From a virus: a stretch of 64,000 nt of DNA. The stretch lies in the IMG/VR virus record IMGVR_UViG_3300020810_001175, positions 1 to 64,000 of that record; one strand, given 5' to 3'. Shown here in pieces: positions 57,447 to 64,000 of this stretch. Position 1 is the stretch's first letter, and each line of letters starts with the position of its first letter. The translations under genes were made by a program, and so were the position numbers. The notes under the pieces were generated by a model. The model had not been told where the DNA came from and ran no database searches. It was given only the letters and a program-made list of their open reading frames with translations.

Positions 57447-58730
57447 ATGCGTTCAATCACAATAGAAGAGTGTCTAGAATTAATGGCAGGACTATCTGCC
57501 AAAGCAATCAATCCTGCGTTCATTGTACTGGATCGTGACAAAAAAATTATTTTCGATATTGCTAAAAAAGTTTATAAAGGTTCCGCATTAACTGATAGGC
57601 AACTAGAAGCAGTCAAAAAAATACTAATCACCAGATATAAATCACAATTCAAAATGCGAGGCATTGACCTGGAGAACAGTGTTAACACATTAAGGCAACC
57701 GTTAAGACATTTGGATAGAAGCGAATATATCAGATTGGAAGATGGATCTGCTTATGTAGAACCATATTGGTCCGGATTTATTCCTACCAAAGTTATTGTA
57801 ATAAGATTTCCGTTCAATATGACTTATACAAAAACAATCAACGAAGTTAGACGTTTACTAGGTCCTACTATTAGCAGATACTATGCTCAAAGATTAAAAG
57901 ACAAATATATTTTACCTTACACAGAAAAAGTAACGCACAAACTTCTATCAAAATTTAAGAACAAAATCAAAGACATAGATCCGATTCTAATCGATGTTTA
58001 CAATGAATGTGAAAAAATATCAAAAAATCCAGAAAAGTTTGTGCCGGGTATATATGATTATGAGATTAAACACAGTGCCGATATAATAACTCAACACTAT
58101 GTCGAATTTTTTGGAGAACCTGTTAAAGAAAATTTATGTTTGTACTATGATAGAAAAGAAAAAATGGGACTTCATTATTTTGATAACAAAGAACTAGACA
58201 GTTCCAAAAGTAATTTATCATCATTATCAAAAAAGATATTAGAACGACAGTGGCCTAGAATCAATTTAGACATAGACAAGTGGCATCTTCAACAAGTAAT
58301 CGATACCATAATAGAACTGAGAAGATTTCCTTTATTGGTTGTTTTACCCAGTAATACCGATGAAGACACTCTAAATCATCTTCATAAGACACACAAACTT
58401 TTTACAAACATTATACCTAGCGATGAAATATCTGTACTGTCAAGGTGCAAAAGCAATTCTGTTTTTGGTAAAGAATTTAATGATTACATTAAGGACAAAC
58501 AATTAAATAATTCACTTGCTAAAACAACAAAAATAGTGTATATTACAAATAAGAAGATACCAAAGCCTTTATTGACTTCTACTTGGGAACCTGAAGCAGT
58601 ATTGATATGTGACAACACTAGAAATTATTCTAAGGTTGACAAATATGTGAGTAATATCGATTTACAATTACAAGTCAACGGACAAGACAGTTTTTGGAAT
58701 CAACTACACTTTGGAAGCGAAACACTATGA
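57447..58730 (+). CDS. Hypothetical protein upstream of UvsW
   Basis: 427-aa ORF with its own promoter; ALTDRQ motif; no recognisable catalytic motif. Confidence 0.5.
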   Translation: MRSITIEECLELMAGLSAKAINPAFIVLDRDKKIIFDIAKKVYKGSALTDRQLEAVKKILITRYKSQFKMRGIDLENSVNTLRQPLRHLDRSEYIRLEDGSAYVEPYWSGFIPTKVIVIRFPFNMTYTKTINEVRRLLGPTISRYYAQRLKDKYILPYTEKVTHKLLSKFKNKIKDIDPILIDVYNECEKISKNPEKFVPGIYDYEIKHSADIITQHYVEFFGEPVKENLCLYYDRKEKMGLHYFDNKELDSSKSNLSSLSKKILERQWPRINLDIDKWHLQQVIDTIIELRRFPLLVVLPSNTDEDTLNHLHKTHKLFTNIIPSDEISVLSRCKSNSVFGKEFNDYIKDKQLNNSLAKTTKIVYITNKKIPKPLLTSTWEPEAVLICDNTRNYSKVDKYVSNIDLQLQVNGQDSFWNQLHFGSETL

Positions 58731-60184
58731 GATGTAAAATTATTATAAGCGACGAAGTCAATGTAAAAATTGAAGGACTGCCTGTTGAAGTGCGAAGAAA
58801 AATAGCAAACAAATTTAAATTTCAAGTGCCTTATGCTAGATATCTTCCTCAATATAAACTAGGACGTTGGGACGGTACAGTTGGTTTCTTTGGTCTAGGT
58901 GGTAATGGTTATGTCAATCATCTGGACAAGATCATTCAATATCTCAATGAAGCAGGTGTAGAAATCGAAGAAGTCGTAGACAAAAGAGAAAAATTTGATC
59001 TAACTTTTAGTAAAGTAGACAAAAACTTTTTCGGAAATAAAACGTGGCCCAAAGGACATCAATGCGAAGGACAAAAAATCGAATTACGTGACTACCAAGT
59101 GGACGTGATTAATAATTTTATCAAGGAGCCACAAAGTTTACAAGAAGTTGCCACAGGTGCTGGTAAAACAATTATCACTGCGGCATTGAGTAGCATATGT
59201 GAAAAGTTTGGAAGAACATTGGTTATTGTGCCTAACAAAGGATTAGTTACACAAACAGAAGAAGATTACATCAACGTAGGATTAGATGTTGGAGTTTATT
59301 TTGGAGATAGAAAAGAATTAAATCGAACACACACTATTTGTACATGGCAAAGTCTTAATGTATTAGATAAAAAATCTAAAGCAGGAGAATCTGTTTTTAG
59401 TTTAGCAGAGTTTTTAGACGGAGTAAAAACTGTTATAATAGATGAAGTGCACCAAGCAAAAGCAGAAGTTTTAAAAAAATTACTCACACATCATTTAAAA
59501 AATTCCCCTGTTCGTTGGGGTCTAACTGGAACTGTGCCCAAAGAACAATTTGAATTTCAAAGCATCTTAGCCAGCATTGGTCCAGTTGTTAATCAAATAT
59601 CAGCAAAAGAATTACAAGACAAAGGAGTGCTATCTAAATGTCATGTAAATGTTGTACAATTGGTAGATACCAACGTGTATAAAAATTATCAAGAAGAATT
59701 AAAGTTTTTAGTTACAGACGAAAAAAGAATTGAGTATTTAGGTAAACTTGTAAACAAAATAAAATCAAGCGGTAACACATTGGTATTAATTGATAGACTT
59801 ACAGCAGGTAAAAAATTATTAGAAATCATAGATGACAGTGTGTTTATTCAAGGAGAAACCAAATTAGCAGATCGTAAAGAACAGTATGACGAAATATCTA
59901 GCAGTACTAATAAAGTAATTATTGCCACGTACGGTGTAGCCAGTGTGGGAATTAATATTCCTAGAATATTCAATCTTGTATTGATTGAGCCAGGCAAATC
60001 ATTTGTAAGAGTAATTCAATCAATCGGCAGAGGAATACGTAAAGCCAAAGACAAAGACTTTGTACAGATATGGGATTTAACTTCAAGTTGTAAATTTGCT
60101 AAAAGACATTTAACACACAGAAAAAAATTTTACAAAGAAGCAAATTATCCTTTTACAATAGAGAAAGTGGATTGGACAAAATGA
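58727..60184 (+). CDS. uvsW: SF2 DNA helicase (UvsW-like)
   Basis: G.WDG, LRDYQ, ATGAGKT, IIDEVH, GLTGT, ATYGVASVGINIP, QSIGRGIR; start at the ATGA overlap. Confidence 0.9.
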   Translation: MRCKIIISDEVNVKIEGLPVEVRRKIANKFKFQVPYARYLPQYKLGRWDGTVGFFGLGGNGYVNHLDKIIQYLNEAGVEIEEVVDKREKFDLTFSKVDKNFFGNKTWPKGHQCEGQKIELRDYQVDVINNFIKEPQSLQEVATGAGKTIITAALSSICEKFGRTLVIVPNKGLVTQTEEDYINVGLDVGVYFGDRKELNRTHTICTWQSLNVLDKKSKAGESVFSLAEFLDGVKTVIIDEVHQAKAEVLKKLLTHHLKNSPVRWGLTGTVPKEQFEFQSILASIGPVVNQISAKELQDKGVLSKCHVNVVQLVDTNVYKNYQEELKFLVTDEKRIEYLGKLVNKIKSSGNTLVLIDRLTAGKKLLEIIDDSVFIQGETKLADRKEQYDEISSSTNKVIIATYGVASVGINIPRIFNLVLIEPGKSFVRVIQSIGRGIRKAKDKDFVQIWDLTSSCKFAKRHLTHRKKFYKEANYPFTIEKVDWTK

Positions 60185-60999
60185 AAATAGCAGGTGCACA
60201 AATACCAGTAAGTAGAAACGTTCAAGACAACTACAACGAAATTTTAAAAGCCTGCGAATGGGCAGTAGAAAATAAAGTTGATTATCTGTTTACACCAGAA
60301 GCATCATTGAGTGGTTATGATGCTCCTAGTTTTAATATCAATACTTGTAAAGAAACAGAACAGGCAATGGAAAAACTAGTAAGTTTTGCATCTTCAAAGA
60401 ACCTTGGTTTAATTATTGGAACGCTATGGTTGGACGATAAAGAAACAATCAATGGTCCATTTTTTGGAAAAAAAACAAATCAATTGCGTTTCTATAATAA
60501 AAAAGGAGAGCACATTGGATCAACATTCAAAACAAAACTGGTATCATTTGATCAAGATTGTGAAAAGCGGAATGAATTTCCCGTTGTAGAACTTGTCACA
60601 GAACACGAAACAATCAAAGTTGGTGCGTTAATATGTAATGATCTGGTGGGTAATTATTATTCAGGCGGAGACAATCTAGCCAAAAAGTTGAAAGAAAAAA
60701 ACGTCGATCTAATAATACACTCAAGCAATACTCAAAAAGATCAAGGACCTCAGGTTAAAAAAATACATGATGAATTTCATGATGCTTGTACAAAATTTAT
60801 AGCATATGCTACCAACACACCCATCATCAGTGTAGATAATCCTTGGCACATACACGGATATGAAACTGATGTAGGAACGTCTTTTACATCAGGAATTTAT
60901 CTTCCAATCGATACTGTATTACAACTACCCAAAACAGGCACACACTATTTTTACTACAATACGTCTAACACAAAATATTCTTATCAGGAAGGAAATTAA
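60181..60999 (+). CDS. Carbon-nitrogen hydrolase (nitrilase/amidase superfamily)
   Basis: MKIAGAQ, FTPEASLSGY (Glu), KTKL (Lys), LICND (Cys) triad. Confidence 0.8.
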   Translation: MKIAGAQIPVSRNVQDNYNEILKACEWAVENKVDYLFTPEASLSGYDAPSFNINTCKETEQAMEKLVSFASSKNLGLIIGTLWLDDKETINGPFFGKKTNQLRFYNKKGEHIGSTFKTKLVSFDQDCEKRNEFPVVELVTEHETIKVGALICNDLVGNYYSGGDNLAKKLKEKNVDLIIHSSNTQKDQGPQVKKIHDEFHDACTKFIAYATNTPIISVDNPWHIHGYETDVGTSFTSGIYLPIDTVLQLPKTGTHYFYYNTSNTKYSYQEGN

Positions 61000-61001
61000 T
61001 A

Positions 61002-61508
61002 ATGAAAATATTAACAGTAGACAATATACCATACGACCTTAACAAGATGCCACAAACTGTGTCAGATGACATGGCATTTTCAGTTTTGGACAACAGTAAT
61101 CCTAAAGAACCAGACTTCTTTTTCTTACCACTGATTTATATTGAATCATTCAGTGCTCCAGCCATTGTGTTGGAAATTGGTGGAAAAGAACTTACTATGC
61201 CTTTAGATTGGAGCATAGCAGTTGGAGACAAAGAAGACAGCAACACTGTAGAAGTTGTACCTTTAACCAGTATAGCAGACCGAGGTTTCAGTGCTTTTAT
61301 ATTCAATCCTTTGAAAGGATTCAAAGCAGACTTTTTTGAAGTGAATGTGATAAACTTTTACAATGATGTTAAATGGTATTTTCCAAAAATTAAAAATAAT
61401 CAGTTATTAACAACACCTCTAACTGATAACGAAAATCCAAACTGTGCATTCTTTGTAAAAGATATTTCTCGTCAATGTGAAAGTATTGAGTACACAATGT
61501 TGTTATAA
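61002..61508 (+). CDS. Hypothetical protein (possible degenerate Hint-like beta fold)
   Basis: Beta-rich 168 aa: VLD..., AIVLEIGGKELTMPLDWSI; no N-terminal Cys/Ser and no terminal His-Asn. Confidence 0.4.
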   Translation: MKILTVDNIPYDLNKMPQTVSDDMAFSVLDNSNPKEPDFFFLPLIYIESFSAPAIVLEIGGKELTMPLDWSIAVGDKEDSNTVEVVPLTSIADRGFSAFIFNPLKGFKADFFEVNVINFYNDVKWYFPKIKNNQLLTTPLTDNENPNCAFFVKDISRQCESIEYTMLL

Positions 61509-61777
61509 TGCCTAAAGCAGTCAAAAAAAGAAAACGTATTAAACAAGAAGAAATGATTTTTACTTCTCCTGATGGAGGTAAAACTGTGTATGGTCAACCA
61601 TTAAATGGTAAAGGACCAAAAATATTAGTTGAAGAAACTAAAGATCCTGATTGGTATTTGTCCGAATTAGAAATTAGCGAAGTGGTAGATTACGCAAACG
61701 AAGGAAATAAAACTTTACAAATTCAGTTAAAGAAGTTAAAATTACTTTATAATTTAATAAAAGAAGATAGATGGTAA
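61508..61777 (+). CDS. Hypothetical protein
   Basis: IFTSPDGGKTVY motif; TAATG-coupled. Confidence 0.5.
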   Translation: MPKAVKKRKRIKQEEMIFTSPDGGKTVYGQPLNGKGPKILVEETKDPDWYLSELEISEVVDYANEGNKTLQIQLKKLKLLYNLIKEDRW

Positions 61778-62247
61778 CCAAAACTAACAAACTACCTTTG
61801 AAAGATATATTGGCGGCTATTGATATGAATGCCAAAAGCGTTTGGGACGAACTTTCAGATGACGATAGAAAACAAGTTTCTTTTTATTTGTTGAATAGAT
61901 ATGCTAGTGCTATCAAAGGAACCAAAGAACAAAAAGAATTACAAATTTTAAAAACCAACCAATATTACAATAAAAACTTTTTTACATTGAGCAAACATAA
62001 AAAACTATTGTGGTTTCTGTTGTGTATGACTGCTAGTGACAAAAAGAACATCAGATATCATGAATGGATTGGTTATAAGTTTAAAGAATCTAACAATAAC
62101 AAAGCATTTAAGTTTTTAGAAAAACTTTATCCTAATAAAAAAATTGACGAATTAAGATTATTAGCAAATATTAACACCACTAAAGAACTTAAAGAATTAG
62201 CAGAAGATTTAGGAATGAGTAAAGAGCAAATCAAAAAATTATTATGA
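61771..62247 (+). CDS. Clamp loader small subunit (T4 gp62-like)
   Basis: L..IL.AID, FYLLNRY.S, N..., L.W.LL, YHEWI..K, L.KLYP pattern; replication context. Confidence 0.55.
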   Translation: MVTKTNKLPLKDILAAIDMNAKSVWDELSDDDRKQVSFYLLNRYASAIKGTKEQKELQILKTNQYYNKNFFTLSKHKKLLWFLLCMTASDKKNIRYHEWIGYKFKESNNNKAFKFLEKLYPNKKIDELRLLANINTTKELKELAEDLGMSKEQIKKLL

Positions 62248-62927
62248 TAGAAAAGTTATACCCTTGCAAATATTGTAATGCTAAATTCGCCAAAGAAAAG
62301 ACATTATCAGTACATATGTGTGAGCAAAAAAGAAGATATCTACAGAAAGATGAACGTAGAGTACAATTAGGATTTCAAACTTTTGTAAGATTCTATGAAC
62401 TGTGTCAAAAAGTTACAACACCTAAAACTTATGAAGAGTTTTGTAAATCTCCATACTATACAGCATTTGTAAAATTTGGAAGTTTTATCAGTAATGTTAA
62501 ACCATTGTATCCAAACAAGTACATAGATTACGTTGTAACATCTGGAGTTAAACTTGATCACTGGTGTAGAGAAGAACTGTATCAAAAATATGCTATTGAT
62601 TTGATTTTAAGAGAACGAGTTGAAACAGCCATGGAAAGATCAATCAAAACAATGATGGATTGGGGTGATGAAAAACAAGCACCATGGAGTGATTATTTTA
62701 GATATGCTAGTTTGAATAGAGCAGTTGTAGATATAAAAGATGGTAAAATTTCTCCTTGGCTTATATTGAATTGTAAAACTGGAAAAGAAATGATGAAAAG
62801 ATTTAACGATGAACAATTACAAATGGTATATGCTATAATGGATCCCAGTCATTGGACATTAAGATTTAAAAGACTACCCGCAGATATTGAAATGGTTAAA
62901 GAAGTAATCAAGGAGGCAAATTTATAA
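62244..62927 (+). CDS. Hypothetical protein with N-terminal Zn finger
   Basis: YPCKYCNAKFAKEKTLSVHMC (C2H-C zinc finger); GKISPW motif. Confidence 0.55.
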   Translation: MIEKLYPCKYCNAKFAKEKTLSVHMCEQKRRYLQKDERRVQLGFQTFVRFYELCQKVTTPKTYEEFCKSPYYTAFVKFGSFISNVKPLYPNKYIDYVVTSGVKLDHWCREELYQKYAIDLILRERVETAMERSIKTMMDWGDEKQAPWSDYFRYASLNRAVVDIKDGKISPWLILNCKTGKEMMKRFNDEQLQMVYAIMDPSHWTLRFKRLPADIEMVKEVIKEANL

Positions 62928-63493
62928 TGTTCGATATTGATATAGACTTTGCTGATAGAAATGTGTTGTTAGAAAAACTTAAACACAGAATAGCAAAATT
63001 AGACACAGAAAAAAAACATAACACAGGTGTTTACTTCACAGAAATTCCACACGACCCAGCAACAAATATGGCAACAATAGATTACGAAACTGCTGAAGAA
63101 AGAAACTATTTTAAAATAGATTGTCTCAACGTAAGCATATACAAAGATGTAAAGGATGAGGATCATTTGAATCAATTGATGAATAAGGAACCTGTATGGG
63201 AATTGTTAGAAGCAAAAGAATTCAGCGATCAGGTATTTCATTTGAACGGTCATAATGAAATATTGAAAAGATTAAAACCGAAAAATATAGAACAACTGGC
63301 GGCTGTATTAGCAATCATCAGACCAAGCAAAAGATATCTACTAAACAAAGATTGGGATTCTATTATGAAGGAAGTATGGGTCAAGCCCACTGATGGATAT
63401 TATTTTAAAAAATCACACGCAACGTCATATGCTGTGGCAGTTGTGATACACATGAATTTAATCTGCGAACAATTACAAAACAATGACAAGTAA
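62927..63493 (+). CDS. Minimal DNA polymerase III alpha (DnaE)-like catalytic core
   Basis: FDIDIDF, KHNTGVY, FKIDCL, LAIIRP and YYFKKSHATSY match the DnaE motifs PDxDxDF, KHAGGV, KxDFLGL, ALYRPG and YGFNKSH in order within 188 aa. Confidence 0.8.
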   Translation: MFDIDIDFADRNVLLEKLKHRIAKLDTEKKHNTGVYFTEIPHDPATNMATIDYETAEERNYFKIDCLNVSIYKDVKDEDHLNQLMNKEPVWELLEAKEFSDQVFHLNGHNEILKRLKPKNIEQLAAVLAIIRPSKRYLLNKDWDSIMKEVWVKPTDGYYFKKSHATSYAVAVVIHMNLICEQLQNNDK

Positions 63494-63737
63494 AATAAGA
63501 AGAAGTTTAGTTAAAACATTAACCTGGAGAATAGTTGCTACTACCGATACATTTATAATTGCTTGGTTGATAACAGGAGAATGGACATGGGCCAGTGCTA
63601 TTGCTGGAGTCGAAGTTTTAACAAAAATGTTTTTGTATTATGGTCATGAGAGAGTGTGGAATAAAATTGCTTGGGCTAAAGAATACAAAGAACCACACAC
63701 TACTATATTCCCTTATAAAGAAGATAAACGTTGGTAA
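63483..63737 (+). CDS. DUF2061-like small membrane protein
   Basis: RSLVKTLTWRIVAT.DT......ITG....A..IAG.E...K..LYY.HER.W. Confidence 0.8.
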   Translation: MTSKIRRSLVKTLTWRIVATTDTFIIAWLITGEWTWASAIAGVEVLTKMFLYYGHERVWNKIAWAKEYKEPHTTIFPYKEDKRW

Positions 63738-64000
63738 TTATTTAGGTTTTCTAACCAGTTGAACCGACTTCCTTTTGCTACGCTTCATAGCAAGATTGCC
63801 GAGACTGGTGACTGGACCAATCTTCACTTTCACATCTTTTGTATTCATCATCATTAAAACACTACGGAATTTTTGTAATTCTTTACGTAAAAAGATGCCA
63901 ATTGGTACCATTCTATTGGATTCCCACCACCATGTTTTACATAATTCCATGAAAGTTTCTCTCGAATTGGTGTGAATTTCTTCATATATGTACATGGACG
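63738..64000 (-). CDS. Hypothetical protein, probably truncated at the window end
   Basis: Open frame reaching the window edge; WWWESNR..PI.IFL motif. Confidence 0.55.
   Translation of the reverse strand, partial: SMYIYEEIHTNSRETFMELCKTWWWESNRMVPIGIFLRKELQKFRSVLMMMNTKDVKVKIGPVTSLGNLAMKRSKRKSVQLVRKPK

Noticed and set aside
24522-60180. Longest-ORF starts at 24620, 27275, 27149, 44290, 50831, 52134, 55734, 58694 and 60172
   Set aside because: These extensions overlap neighbouring genes or promoters; downstream ATGs have RBS, late boxes or ATGA/TAATG coupling and match family N-termini.
62244-63737. Frameshifted or pseudogenised full-length dnaE
   Set aside because: The flanking ORFs have no PHP, OB or other DnaE motifs, and the deletions are internal and in frame.
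764-63975. Many 60-190-aa ORFs antisense or out of frame within long genes (e.g. 13473-13850, 24554-24967, 34953-35513, 40941-41300)
   Set aside because: Shadow ORFs of biased coding sequence; no RBS, promoter or recognisable motifs.
1-64000. CRISPR array, tRNA or rRNA genes
   Set aside because: Intergenic gaps are short (mostly under 130 bp), and I saw no spaced identical repeats, cloverleaf with T-loop motif or rRNA-like sequence.
1-64000. Alternative genetic code (stop-codon reassignment)
   Set aside because: Standard code 11 gives dense, full-length genes, and TAA, TAG and TGA all end recognisable proteins at the expected C-termini.

Overview
This window is a 64-kb segment of a large, AT-rich T4-like myovirus genome, probably aquatic. 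The assignment rests on its T4-type morphogenesis and replication genes and TAAATA late promoters; no cellular housekeeping genes, rRNA, tRNA or CRISPR array were seen. From left to right it holds: (1) tail fibre/baseplate genes and a module of three Cys-rich, Gly-rich paralogues, two fibre-assembly-like paralogues and a GT9-like / carbamoyltransferase / GT9-like triplet; (2) a virion protein carrying an in-frame, apparently catalytically dead esterase domain bounded by a 12-bp direct repeat, then a 2345-aa repeat fibre; (3) a minus-strand ADP-heptose operon (Nudix, hldE, 2OG-Fe(II) oxygenase, hldD, cupin); (4) neck, sheath, tube, head-completion and terminase genes; (5) gp32, UvsX and UvsY; (6) a ~12-kb glycosylation island; (7) UvsW, a nitrilase, a gp62-like gene and a 188-aa minimal DnaE-like polymerase core. 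Two window-wide signals stand out: apparent avoidance of GCWGC and AGCT, and many genes whose ATG lies 5-9 nt after the promoter -10 box (probably leaderless mRNAs). All product calls come from motif recognition by eye, not database searches.
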